35,240 bases of DNA, taken from the sequence record DRR723986_9304. The stretch is one strand, 5' to 3'. Of the stretch, positions 1-10,158 are shown in pieces. Every line of letters starts with the position of its first letter. The first letter of the stretch is position 1. The notes beneath the pieces are model-generated. The model saw only the letters and a list, made by a program, of their open reading frames with translations, did no database searches and was not told where the DNA came from. Both the position numbers and the translations under genes were made by a program.

Positions 1-269
1 CACACCTAGCAGTCGCCAATCAACCATAGTCCTTATTTCAAAATGAATCGCGACGCTTAGTCTTGAATCACCTTTCGGTGTTTGTTGGTGTTAAGACCTC
101 TGGTGCGTTTTTTTCTTCGAGTGTGTTGAAACCTCCGGTAACTCCATCCCGCTTTTCATCGCTTGTGTGGTGTCGTGTAACCTTCCGTTGGGCGAACCCA
201 GGCCTTCAATTTGTGTCACTCTCTGGAGACAAGCTGAGGTTCAACTATGGTTGGCAAAAAACACGAATC

Positions 270-581
270 ATGTACGTGGAGTGCAAGTCCACCAATGGCG
301 ACTACGGGCGTGCTCGGATCTGCCGCGTGACGTTTTCGCACTCTGGGCGAACCATCTACTACGGTGGCCTCAAGCTGCAGCGGTCGACCCAGACTGTGTG
401 CGGCGGCAATTACGTGGACGCCAATTCCGGGCTCGAGTACTGGGTTTCAGGGCCGAAGCGCAATGGCCAAGATCGCCACTGGGCGGGAGGCGGCGATGTC
501 CGGATTGACTCCGATGTCGTGGACGAATACTGGCTGAACACGCGCGGCTGTGCGGTCCCTGACAATCCGTTTGTCACGTGA
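270..581 (+). CDS. Small conserved hypothetical protein (RIMYxE...ARIxRVxFSxSGxTIYY...YWxSGxKxxGxD type; from recollection often mislabelled as DXP synthase)
   Basis: ORF 63..581; the recognisable part starts around ATG 270 (MYVECK...ARICRVTFSHSGRTIYY...EYWVSGPKRNGQDRHW). Far too short to be a real Dxs. Confidence 0.75.
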   Translation: MYVECKSTNGDYGRARICRVTFSHSGRTIYYGGLKLQRSTQTVCGGNYVDANSGLEYWVSGPKRNGQDRHWAGGGDVRIDSDVVDEYWLNTRGCAVPDNPFVT

Positions 582-669
582 TCGCGTAGAAAACCAGTTC
601 GCCAACATGGGTTCTACACTGAGCCCCTTGGGCGTGCGTTGGCTGCAATGTACGAATGCAGGGTGCTAG

Positions 670-1134
670 ATGCAACGGTTCAAGACTCGCCTTCGATTGC
701 CGACCGAGAAACTCGGCGGCGCGCTAAGCTACGAACATGACGGGTCACTGGTTGTATCGCTCTCCGGTAGCCACGTTCACTTCAAGCCATTCTCGCGCGA
801 TGAAATGGATTGCGACATTTCACTCGAAGACGACAAATTCACCATTTCCACCCCTAAAACCCACTGCTTCGACATCTTGGGACGACTGGCTAATCCACAC
901 CTTGCACCAAAACTCAAACAGTACACACCCAACTTGGTGATTCAACTTTCCGAATACATCAACGATGAACAGGCAGTTGACCAAATCGCCGAACTGAAAC
1001 GCAAAGTTGCTGCTGATCCAGCGATCGTTTTCGCCGAATTGGGCGGCAATCGCTGGATTGCCGAATACTATCATGGATACCTGATTCTTATGGACGACTT
1101 GTGTTACGGTGCGACAAACATTGTCAAACTCTAG
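670..1134 (+). CDS. Hypothetical protein
   Basis: 154-aa ORF with globular-protein composition; no family recognised; start uncertain (ATG 670 or TTG 697). Confidence 0.65.
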   Translation: MQRFKTRLRLPTEKLGGALSYEHDGSLVVSLSGSHVHFKPFSRDEMDCDISLEDDKFTISTPKTHCFDILGRLANPHLAPKLKQYTPNLVIQLSEYINDEQAVDQIAELKRKVAADPAIVFAELGGNRWIAEYYHGYLILMDDLCYGATNIVKL

Positions 1135-1404
1135 CGTAGCTCGGTATCGCGCAGGAATGTCTGGACTGCGCATATCTCGGTGGCATTCCGATCTTTTCGT
1201 TAAAGCCCTCAGATACATCGTCGCACGAATCCGGCGATGAACCGTATGTACTCGATGTATTCCTGACGAGTCTTTCGCGAAGCAAGTTGTAGCCGCGCAC
1301 TCACTTTTTTGCCAAAGCGATGCGGTTTTGATACCCTTTCGAGTAGTTTCACCTAGCTCGCGGTGAGTTTCGTTGTGTGCTCGAGCCTTTCAGTTGGACT
1401 CCGC

Positions 1405-1821
1405 GTGATTCGATTCATCCGGAAAATTACAGTTGTTGAATGGGTGGTGATCACTTTCTCAGTGTTCCTGCTTGGAGCGTTTGCGTGCGACGAAGTTAGC
1501 GCCCGTGTCGCTGGACGTAGGGGCGCAAGCGATGCAAAGCTGGATGTTGCATCGGGAGTGTTTGCCTTTCAAGTTGGTGGCAAACCCCGACCTTGGGCTG
1601 AACGAACGGCTCAGATCTTCAAGGAACGGTACGACGCAGAGCTAGTCCGGGCTTACGGTTGCTGTCCCTCCCGCGCCGAGTCCAGTTACACTTTGCGATA
1701 CAACGACGTAATGGCGTCAGCGATGTCTCGTCGGATTAATGGCTTCTCCTTCGTGGACGCCTACAATGAAACGGATGTTGAGGCTCAATCGCAATGGCGG
1801 AACGAGCTCGGCTTGGATTGA
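1405..1821 (+). CDS. Hypothetical protein with N-terminal membrane anchor
   Basis: ORF 1363..1821; GTG 1405 preferred; hydrophobic segment VVEWVVITFSVFLLGAFAC, then a soluble domain containing GCC. Confidence 0.65.
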   Translation: MIRFIRKITVVEWVVITFSVFLLGAFACDEVSARVAGRRGASDAKLDVASGVFAFQVGGKPRPWAERTAQIFKERYDAELVRAYGCCPSRAESSYTLRYNDVMASAMSRRINGFSFVDAYNETDVEAQSQWRNELGLD

Positions 1822-2198
1822 ATCCCGTTTATCCTGCTGACAAGAGCGATTGTTGCTTTTGACTTGAGGAGCGGTCGGTCAGCCCGGATCAGTATCTTTA
1901 CAACCGGTGCAACGCAGTAGAGTTCGCCCAGGCATTCCCATTTTGAAGGGGAAGTTCTTGCGGGCTATGAAAGATTTTGGGGCCGCGAAGTTCGGCACAG
2001 CTCTACGAGCGCGTGGAATGCAGTGGGCGCAGAAGCTCTATTCTAGGCCTACCGGAAAACACCGCGGGTACTTCACTCGATGCATGCCGTGAGGTGCCGT
2101 CGGCCGAGCTATGCTCGCAGAGCGATAACGCGTCAGCGGTGGGGCGTTACAAGGATACTCGCCAAAAGGCTTGATTCGTATCGTGACTGGTACGACGG

Positions 2199-3842
2199 CT
2201 AGCGGCGTTTGCGTTTCTTCATAGGGAAGAGGCGTTTGCGCTTTGGAGGGGCTTCTTCTTTTTGAGCAGCTTCGACGGCTGCGGCGGCCTGAGCGCGTGT
2301 GACGGGATCGTCCCCAAAGCTGTCTCGCTTCAGGAGCAAGTTGATGTTCAGCTCAATCGCCGTTAACTGCGAGCCTTCCTCAGGAGTCACAAACGTGAAT
2401 GCGATTCCCTCACGCCCCATTCTGCCGGTTCGGCCAACTCGGTGAACGTAGTCATCGCAGTCGAGCGGAATGTCGAAGTTGACAATGTGAGAAACCGTCG
2501 ACACATCGATACCACGCCCCACGACGTCCGTCGCACACAGGATGTCGATGTTTCCAGCTCGCAGACTAGAGAAAACTCTATCGCGGTCCCGCTGGTTCAT
2601 ATCACCATGGATACAAGCAAGCTTCTTCGATTTCAGCTCAGGGATCTTTCGCAGTTCTTCGCCAAGCGAACGGTGAAGTCGGTCGGTGCCACGCTTGGTT
2701 CTGCAGAAAATGATCGCCTGCGTTGGCACTTCGCGTTCAAGCAGCTTTAAAAGCGTTGGGAACTTTTGGCGTTGATCGACGCTAAAGTACCGCTGCTCAA
2801 TAGTGTCCACCGAAACGGTTTTGCTTGAGCAATTAATGTGCACTGGATTCTGCAGGTAACGTTTGGTCAAGCGCATGATGTCGTCAGCAAGCGTTGCACT
2901 TAGCAGCATTGTCTGACGATCTTTCGGGCAAGCCCTTAGGATGCGTTCGATCGCGGGGCGGAAGCCAATGTCCAGCATTCGGTCCGCCTCGTCCAAAACT
3001 ACACACCACAGTTCACGCGTGTCGAAAGTGCGGCGGGAAATGTGGTCCATGACTCGACCAGGAGTGCCGACGACAATTTGAGTACCACTGCGAAGGCGGT
3101 CCATCTGCCGCTTCATGTGTTTTCCACCTGCAAGAACAGTGGTCACTGTTTCACAACCCCAGGCGAGTTTCTCAATTTCCTGGTTGACCTGCTCGGCCAG
3201 CTCACGTGTGGGCACCAGAATCAGTGCTTGTGGCAACTTGCATTCGCTGAGCGGATCAAGGCATTCCAGAATAGGAATGGAAAACGCTGCAGTTTTGCCA
3301 GTTCCCGTCCTCGCTTGACCAAGAATGTCGCGGCCGTCCAACGCTGGAGGGATAACTCCAGATTGTATCGGAGTTGGGCTTTCGTATCCGCCACGCTTGA
3401 GCGCTTTGAGCATGACGTTTGACAAGTCAATTTCGGAGAACGACTCAAACTCTTCGACTTCCGCCGGCTCAGCGATTTCTTCTACGGCAGGTTTGTCGCG
3501 AGACGCAGAGTCGTCGCGTCGCGGTGCCCGAGGCTTCTCGCCGCTTGTTGTTTCAGTTCGCGCCTTCTCCGCGCGGGGAGCCTCATCGCGAGAATCGTCG
3601 CTGCGTGGGGCCCTTGATTCAGTGCGAACTTCTATCGATTCGATATCGCTATCGTCCAAGTGCTCATCGCGATCGTCCCCGTCGCTCTGGCTGCCGCGTC
3701 GCGCAGACACTCGAGTCTGCTCAACACGAGGTCGAGTGTGCCCACGTTGGCCTCTGCCCGAGCCGCGAGACGATTGCCTGCTTGTTCGAGATCCAGAATT
3801 CTTACTTTTCCTGCCACTTCCAGTAGAACGGTCGCGTTGCAT
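2199..3842 (-). CDS. DEAD/DEAH-box ATP-dependent RNA helicase
   Basis: Q motif (GYESPTPIQ), ARTGTGKT, PTRELA, TPGR, DEAD, SAT, HRVGRTGR; ~130-aa low-complexity N-terminal extension. Confidence 0.97.
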   Translation of the reverse strand: MQRDRSTGSGRKSKNSGSRTSRQSSRGSGRGQRGHTRPRVEQTRVSARRGSQSDGDDRDEHLDDSDIESIEVRTESRAPRSDDSRDEAPRAEKARTETTSGEKPRAPRRDDSASRDKPAVEEIAEPAEVEEFESFSEIDLSNVMLKALKRGGYESPTPIQSGVIPPALDGRDILGQARTGTGKTAAFSIPILECLDPLSECKLPQALILVPTRELAEQVNQEIEKLAWGCETVTTVLAGGKHMKRQMDRLRSGTQIVVGTPGRVMDHISRRTFDTRELWCVVLDEADRMLDIGFRPAIERILRACPKDRQTMLLSATLADDIMRLTKRYLQNPVHINCSSKTVSVDTIEQRYFSVDQRQKFPTLLKLLEREVPTQAIIFCRTKRGTDRLHRSLGEELRKIPELKSKKLACIHGDMNQRDRDRVFSSLRAGNIDILCATDVVGRGIDVSTVSHIVNFDIPLDCDDYVHRVGRTGRMGREGIAFTFVTPEEGSQLTAIELNINLLLKRDSFGDDPVTRAQAAAAVEAAQKEEAPPKRKRLFPMKKRKRR

Positions 3843-4049
3843 CTATCGTTTTCTATTTTTCCAACACTTTCTTCACATTTCGTGAGCACAATCGTAGCCT
3901 CAACGCACAGCCAACGCACGCCCTATTGTGAAAACCGCCCTGTTTGTGTGCAATCTTGGGCCGTCACAGTGCTTTGGACCGCCAAATTGAGCAGTTTCGG
4001 GCAACTTTGACGATTCTTGCTACCCGCAGTCGACCCGTGCTAGTCAACT

Positions 4050-5636
4050 TTGAGCGGAATCAACTTGTATGGCACAGGAGACGGCTTTGTGGATTGGATT
4101 TCGACGGCAAAGGCTTGGCTCGAGTCGCAGGACCCACGACCAGTCGGTGAAGTCTTCAGTGGCTTGGGGCAAGCTGGCCCCGAGCAATTGCAGCAGTTGT
4201 TGGCGTGCGTTATCGAGTCTTCCGAGGGCGACGAAGGGGTAGCCAAGTCGGCTCCCGCAAAGACGCTGATGCAGTTTGCCGCTGCTCGCGTAAAGCAATT
4301 AACTGAGCAAACGCACGAGGCCTGTGTTGCGGCAAGCGTGTTGTTGGAAGCGTACGGGTGTTTTCATCAAGATGCACCAGTCACCGCCGCTCATGCACTT
4401 CAAATGATGAGTCAACAAGCGTTGGTGCCGGACGACAGCGCGCTGGAGTACTTAGCGCATTTGGCATCTGCTATTGAACAGAATCCTCCGTCGGAGTGGC
4501 AGTCAGCCGCTCTTGCACTAAGCCCCCTGTGGGCCGCCAAGGCGGATCGCCTGGATTACTTCTTCCAAGCACTCGGGGATTCCTACTTGCAGGCCAGCAT
4601 CCTCGCTGTCCTGCTCGATCTGGCGGCCCATTCAGTTCGAACTGGGCGACTGGACGAACACCCATGGCGAGACCGTGGGCCAGGCATGCTCGGTCTGCTG
4701 ACTCAGTCGATCACACGTCTAGAACGATTGCAAAGATCGCCCACCGATTTTGGTGACGACGTTCAAACCGTTCAAAATGTACTTGACGAAGGAGTCGCTC
4801 TGGCGATTTCATTGTGTGGCACTATGCCGATGCTGGACGTCGACGCCAGCGAAGTGCTCAAGCAAGCAATGGCGCTTTCGCACCGTCGCATCCAGTGCGA
4901 GGCAGCCGGTGCACTTGCTAGTTCCGGCGACGACGCTGGCAAAAAGCAATTGATTACACTTGCGAAAGACTCCGTGTCGCGACGAAGGGCGGTTGCGTAT
5001 TCAGAGGAACTGGGTTTCGCTGACGAGATCGACGAAGAATACTTGCTGCCGCACATGCTGGCCGAGAGCGACTTGGCCGCATGGCTAGCCGAGCCGACGC
5101 AGTTCGGTGTGGCCCCCAGCAGCATGAAGTTACTCGATTCGAAGACGCTCTATTGGCCCAGTTACGAAGAGCCACGGAATGTGTACTTGTTCGAGTACCA
5201 ATTCAACTTCCCCGGCAATCCTGTGCGGAATGTTGGCATCGCTGGCCCGCTCACGCATGCATTCCATCAAGATTTGATGGATTTCAGCGCCGACGATAAA
5301 TATGCCGTGTTCGCTGGCTGGCACGTGGAACACGAAGATATCTTTGAAGTCCCAATGACGGGACTGAACACGGTTCAGCGTGAAGCGGCCGACAAGCTGG
5401 CTCGACGGTTGGTAGAATTGGAATACGAAGCCCCCCAATTACACTCGTTGATGCTGTTCCTGGGCGACGTCGCCTTGTTGGCACGAGCGACTCAGGGCGA
5501 GCAAGACTACTTCGTAATCGTCGACGAAAACGACCACGTGCGTCTGGAAGCCGACGATCGCCCGCGCGGGCCCGACCAAGAAATACTAGGCTGCCTTTAC
5601 AAAGGGCGGCGACTACTGCGGGCCTTCAACGAGTAG
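4050..5636 (+). CDS. Hypothetical alpha-helical (HEAT-repeat-like) protein
   Basis: 528-aa Ala/Leu-rich helical ORF with a HEAT-like segment (RIQCEAAGALASSGD...RRRAVAYSEELG); start codon uncertain. Confidence 0.75.
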   Translation: MSGINLYGTGDGFVDWISTAKAWLESQDPRPVGEVFSGLGQAGPEQLQQLLACVIESSEGDEGVAKSAPAKTLMQFAAARVKQLTEQTHEACVAASVLLEAYGCFHQDAPVTAAHALQMMSQQALVPDDSALEYLAHLASAIEQNPPSEWQSAALALSPLWAAKADRLDYFFQALGDSYLQASILAVLLDLAAHSVRTGRLDEHPWRDRGPGMLGLLTQSITRLERLQRSPTDFGDDVQTVQNVLDEGVALAISLCGTMPMLDVDASEVLKQAMALSHRRIQCEAAGALASSGDDAGKKQLITLAKDSVSRRRAVAYSEELGFADEIDEEYLLPHMLAESDLAAWLAEPTQFGVAPSSMKLLDSKTLYWPSYEEPRNVYLFEYQFNFPGNPVRNVGIAGPLTHAFHQDLMDFSADDKYAVFAGWHVEHEDIFEVPMTGLNTVQREAADKLARRLVELEYEAPQLHSLMLFLGDVALLARATQGEQDYFVIVDENDHVRLEADDRPRGPDQEILGCLYKGRRLLRAFNE

Positions 5637-5743
5637 TCCGCCGCTTGTGACCGTGGCTGGCGAGAGCCGAACCTTTGTCGGTTTGAGTCCCCGGCGAAAC
5701 TCGATTCCCTTAACGGAACAATACGGCGTGATACAGGATAGCG

Positions 5744-6238
5744 ATGAATCTAAATCCAGTTGACAACTACTTGCACGGAAGTTGGGAAGCTCTTGGGAGC
5801 GGCGCACCGATGCTGGTTGCCCTGGCCCAGATGTGCAACGACACCTGGGTGCACCGCAGGGGGCTGCCTGAGCTGCAGGATTCATTCGACGAGCTTTCTG
5901 AGCATGCAAAGACGATTCTATTTGCGGCCGCGCGTCGAGGGATGATTGAGCTGAAGGCCGTTAACTCGGCATTTGAAGCCGCCGCAAGAACGCTGGCGAT
6001 CTACATTGAGATTGATGAAGATCGCACGGTCGTGTTTCGCGATCCAGCAAATCCCGAGATCACGATGCAATTCTTGGCTGGCTTCCGAGAGTTGTGTGCC
6101 AGCGGTTATGTGATTCACCATATCGCTCGTGATTTTTCGCTTGCACCAGAGGCATTCTCGATTGCCAAATCAATATCGGAGGCCTCCGTTGCCCACCTAC
6201 TTAGCCAAGCGACCGAGTTTGGATTGCACGACGAATAG
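5744..6238 (+). CDS. Hypothetical protein
   Basis: 164-aa ORF; AGGA upstream of ATG; co-oriented with neighbours. Confidence 0.75.
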   Translation: MNLNPVDNYLHGSWEALGSGAPMLVALAQMCNDTWVHRRGLPELQDSFDELSEHAKTILFAAARRGMIELKAVNSAFEAAARTLAIYIEIDEDRTVVFRDPANPEITMQFLAGFRELCASGYVIHHIARDFSLAPEAFSIAKSISEASVAHLLSQATEFGLHDE

Positions 6239-6306
6239 TTGCGGTGCAAACAAGTGCTCAATGCGCACGACTTATTCAGACAGTCTTACAAGACAAGGTT
6301 TTCATC

Positions 6307-7647
6307 ATGCGGCATTCGGTACTTGTTCGCCTCAGTTTTCCTGCAGCCCGTTTTCGGGATTGCTTCTCAGTTCTCTGCTCCAGCCTCCTGTTCGTGAGCA
6401 TGATCGCTGGAGGACCTCATGGGGCGACCGCTTGTGGCCAGGAGCCAACGACCGCGGCAAACGCTGAGAATTCAGCCCCGGGCAGTGATGAGCGTTATCC
6501 GCTCCGTTGGTTCAAAGGCAATCTTCACACCCATTCACTTTGGAGTGACGGCGACGAGTTTCCCGAGATGATCGCGTCTTGGTATGCCGAACGCGGATAC
6601 AACTTCCTGGCTCTGTCTGATCACAACACACTCAGCCGAGGCATGCGATGGATGCCGCTATCGAAGATTGTTGCTAGGAGTGATTCTGAAGTTTTGGAGC
6701 GGTACCGCTCCAAATTTGGTGACGCGTGGGTCGAGACGCGCCGCGGCGACGACGGAACTGAGGATGTGCGACTCAAGCCGCTTGAGGAGTTTCGGTGTTT
6801 GGTCGAATCCTCGGGACGTTTCATCATGATTGAGGGCGAAGAGATCAGCGGGCGAGCTGGCGCGGCCCCGATTCACATGAACTTGACGAACGTCGTCGAA
6901 GCGATCTTGCCAGCCAATGCAGAAACTCCGCGGGAGACGATGCAGAATATTGTTCGGCAAGCGAAAGAGCAAGAAGAGAAAACTGGCCGCGAGATGTTGC
7001 TTCATCTCAATCATCCGAATTTTCACTACGCAGTGACGGCCGAGGATATTGCTCACGTTGTTGGCGAACGCTTCTTCGAAGTTTACAACGGCCATCCAGG
7101 CGTCAACCATCAGGGCGACGACACGCATCCAGGCATCGAAAAAATGTGGGACATTGCCAACGCGATTCGCTTGGGCGTCCTCGAAGCGGCCCCATTGATG
7201 GGAATCGCAACTGACGACAGTCATGAGTACCATGGTCAGCCTGGTTCTCGGCCCGGACGCGGATGGATCATGGTTCACTCGCGGTACTTAACACCCGAGC
7301 ACCTTATCAAGGCGCTCAAACGCGGTGACTTTTACGCGTCCAGCGGAGTCGAATTATCGAGTGTCGAGATAGCCGATGGCAAGATTTCGGTTTCCATTCA
7401 GGCTGTCGAAGGAGAATCGTTTCAGACGCAATTCATTGCAACAAAGCGTGCCACGACGGCTGGAGAAATGCCAACTGAGGTTGGCGTCGTGGTCAGCACG
7501 CAGGAAGGCCTATCGGCAAGCTACTCGATTCAGGACGACGAACTGTACGTTCGAGCTTGCACTACGAGCTCCGCTGCGCCCAGTGATCCAGCATTCAAAG
7601 GCCAACGCAAACAAGCTTGGACGCAACTTCTACTGCCTGCAAAGTAA
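6307..7647 (+). CDS. Secreted PHP-domain metallohydrolase (CehA/McbA-like)
   Basis: KGNLHTHSLWSDG, FLALSDHN, LNHP, EVYNG and ATDDSH metal-binding motifs; signal-peptide-like N-terminus; ATG 6307 chosen within ORF 6244..7647. Confidence 0.88.
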   Translation: MRHSVLVRLSFPAARFRDCFSVLCSSLLFVSMIAGGPHGATACGQEPTTAANAENSAPGSDERYPLRWFKGNLHTHSLWSDGDEFPEMIASWYAERGYNFLALSDHNTLSRGMRWMPLSKIVARSDSEVLERYRSKFGDAWVETRRGDDGTEDVRLKPLEEFRCLVESSGRFIMIEGEEISGRAGAAPIHMNLTNVVEAILPANAETPRETMQNIVRQAKEQEEKTGREMLLHLNHPNFHYAVTAEDIAHVVGERFFEVYNGHPGVNHQGDDTHPGIEKMWDIANAIRLGVLEAAPLMGIATDDSHEYHGQPGSRPGRGWIMVHSRYLTPEHLIKALKRGDFYASSGVELSSVEIADGKISVSIQAVEGESFQTQFIATKRATTAGEMPTEVGVVVSTQEGLSASYSIQDDELYVRACTTSSAAPSDPAFKGQRKQAWTQLLLPAK

Positions 7648-7765
7648 TTTCCGCGACTCTGCGTCAGCTCATTGCCGACGCTTGAGCATTGTTGGGGCTC
7701 AAGCGTCTTTTTCAGTCGACTGGCCAATCTAAAGCCCGCTTATCAACGGCCTACTTATCAAGGGT

Positions 7766-9976
7766 CTACTGAGGCTTGAGCACCACTGTTGCAAGTGGCG
7801 GGAGGTTGATCCGGATTGAGGCTGGCCGACCGTGATGCTCTTGCTCTTCGGCCTGGCAACCAGGGAAGTTGCCGACGTTCGTGCCAGCGTAGTAGCTCGA
7901 ATCCGAATTGAAAATCTCTTTGTAGAAGCCTGCCTTCGGAACTCCCAATTGATAGCCTTCGCGGACGACGGGCGTGAAGTTGCAAGCAACAATCACGTAA
8001 TCGTCCGGATCCTTTGCCTTCCGCGTGTAGCCGATGACACTCGCGTCCCGGTTCATGCAATCGATCCATTCGAAACCGTCGCCATCGAAGTCGACTTCGT
8101 GAAGAGCCGGTTGTTCGTTGACGAGCTTGTTCAGATCACCGACGAGAGATTTCATACCCTTGTGGTTGTCCCAGGAAAGGAGATCCCACTGAATTTCGGA
8201 ATCGTAATCCCATTCATGCCACTGAGCGATTTCGCTGCCCATGAAGAGTAGCTTCTTGCCCGGGTGCGTCCACATGTAAGAATAGAGCAGTCGCAGGTTT
8301 GCAAACTTTTGCCACAGATCGCCCGACATCTGGCTGATCAACGCGCCTTTGCCGTGCACTACTTCGTCGTGCGACAATGGCAGCGTGAAATTTTCTGTGA
8401 AGGCATAAATGAGACTGAAGGTCAGTTCATCGTGGTGGTACTGGCGGTGGACGGGTTCATGCCGCATGTATCGCAGCGTGTCGTTCATCCAGCCCATATT
8501 CCATTTGACGCTGAAGCCTAAGCCGCCGTCGCTGACGGGGCGACTAACGCCGGGCCAGGCTGTGGATTCTTCGGCGAGCGTGATGACGCCTGGATATTGA
8601 GCGTGAGCTTGTTCGTTAAACTCGCGAAGCATTTGGATGGCTTCCAAGTTTTCGCGTCCGCCATGTTGATTTGGAACCCATTCGCCATCTTCGCGGCTGT
8701 AGTCCAAGTACAGCATACTGGCGACCGCATCGACTCGCAGGCCGTCAATGTGGTACTTGTCCATCAAGAACAATGCGTTGGACACCAAGAAGTTTCGCAC
8801 TTCGTTGCGACCGTAGTTGAAAATCATTGTTCCCCAGTCAGGGTGTTCGCCCTGCCGCGGATCAGCGTGTTCAAACAGAGCGGAACCGTCAAACTGCCGC
8901 AGCCCGTGACCATCCTTCGGGAAGTGGGCGGGAACCCAGTCGAGAATTACGCCGATGCCGTTTTGGTGACAGTGGTCAACGAAGTACATGAAGTCTTCGG
9001 CTGTCCCGTAACGGCTTGTGATGCCATAGTAGCCAACGGTTTGGTAACCCCAAGAACCAGTGAACGGATGCTCGCTGATCGGCATCAACTCAACGTGCGT
9101 AAAGCCCATTTCGTTGCAGTAGTCGACCAACTGATGAGCAAGCTTGCGATAGTTCATCCAGCCGTGGTGGCCATTCGGGTCGCGCCGCCAACTGCCCAGG
9201 TGCAGTTCGTAGATATTCATCGGGCGGGACAGTGGATCCGTGTTGGCCCGCTGCTCCATCCACGCGTCATCTTGCCAAGTGTGCTGATCCAGTGATGTTA
9301 CGATCGACGCTGTTCGCGGTGGCAGCTCGGCGTAGAAGCCGTATGGATCGGTCTTTTCGATCGTGCCGCCGCCGTGCGTCTTGATGCGATACTTATATTT
9401 TTCACCGGGCTTCATGTCGGGGACGAACAACTCCCAGACACCTGCGGGAATGTGCTTCCGCATCGCATGCTGGCGGCCGTCCCAATTGTTAAAGTCACCG
9501 ACGACTTCGACGTTTTCCGCGTTCGGAGCCCAGACGGCGAAGTTCGTGCCGACAACACCATCGACCTCGCGCGATTGCGCGCCCATCTTGTCGTAGATCT
9601 TCCAGTTGCGACCTTCGCCGAAAAGAAAAAGATCGTAATCGGTCAGGAGCGGCGGGACGGTGTAAGGGTCTTGAATTTCTTTCACAGTTCCTGCTTTCGA
9701 GGCAACTCTAAGGCGAAAATGGGGTGAAGGCGAATCGTCGACAGCGGGGCAGATCGCTTCATAAAACCCCGCCGGGTGAACGCGGCGCATCGGCCTAACT
9801 TCGTTATGGGACTTATCCACCAACCAAACGCGATCGCTGTCCGGCAAGTACGCTCGGACCGAAAGCGCCTTTCGGTCGCCGTGCTGAATCGGATGCGCCC
9901 CCAACAATTGAGCTGGGTTTTCAAGCGATCCTTCAATCAATCCGTTGATGCCCTGCAATGAAAGCTGGGTTCGCAC
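7766..9976 (-). CDS. glgB: 1,4-alpha-glucan branching enzyme GlgB (GH13)
   Basis: [62 protein letters not shown] 6 nt before GTG 9976. Confidence 0.98.
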   Translation of the reverse strand: MRTQLSLQGINGLIEGSLENPAQLLGAHPIQHGDRKALSVRAYLPDSDRVWLVDKSHNEVRPMRRVHPAGFYEAICPAVDDSPSPHFRLRVASKAGTVKEIQDPYTVPPLLTDYDLFLFGEGRNWKIYDKMGAQSREVDGVVGTNFAVWAPNAENVEVVGDFNNWDGRQHAMRKHIPAGVWELFVPDMKPGEKYKYRIKTHGGGTIEKTDPYGFYAELPPRTASIVTSLDQHTWQDDAWMEQRANTDPLSRPMNIYELHLGSWRRDPNGHHGWMNYRKLAHQLVDYCNEMGFTHVELMPISEHPFTGSWGYQTVGYYGITSRYGTAEDFMYFVDHCHQNGIGVILDWVPAHFPKDGHGLRQFDGSALFEHADPRQGEHPDWGTMIFNYGRNEVRNFLVSNALFLMDKYHIDGLRVDAVASMLYLDYSREDGEWVPNQHGGRENLEAIQMLREFNEQAHAQYPGVITLAEESTAWPGVSRPVSDGGLGFSVKWNMGWMNDTLRYMRHEPVHRQYHHDELTFSLIYAFTENFTLPLSHDEVVHGKGALISQMSGDLWQKFANLRLLYSYMWTHPGKKLLFMGSEIAQWHEWDYDSEIQWDLLSWDNHKGMKSLVGDLNKLVNEQPALHEVDFDGDGFEWIDCMNRDASVIGYTRKAKDPDDYVIVACNFTPVVREGYQLGVPKAGFYKEIFNSDSSYYAGTNVGNFPGCQAEEQEHHGRPASIRINLPPLATVVLKPQ

Positions 9977-10158
9977 TTCGTTCTCCAGTGTCGCATTTTT
10001 GTGTCTAGGATGACAGGTCCCCAATTGCAGGCGGTTTATGGGCCGCTCATTTGCTCGGGGCACAGCAAAAAGTTTTTGTGGACATCCGGGCCTCTTCGCC
10101 CTGATGTGCCGTGTTTGAAAAAGTTATGTCCGCTAGCGTGGGGAGGTCTGTCGGTCGC

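Larger units (their letters stand above)
187..1920 (+). mobile_element. Possible decayed integron gene-cassette array (attC-like remnants; no integrase in window)
   Basis: GTTGGGC at 187 before gene 1, with near-complement GTTCGCCAAC at 597-606 after it; GTTGTGT at 1372 before gene 3 and TTACAAC at 1898-1904 after it; three short co-oriented orphan genes. Confidence 0.4.

Noticed and set aside
1-27. Possible start of a minus-strand gene (AAGGA-CT-ATG, MVDWRLLGV) running off the window
   Set aside because: Only 9 codons are visible and RBS spacing is too short to support a call.
1907-2174. Two short overlapping ORFs (61 and 65 aa)
   Set aside because: No clear RBS, no motif, and they overlap the attC-like remnant; likely non-coding or decayed.
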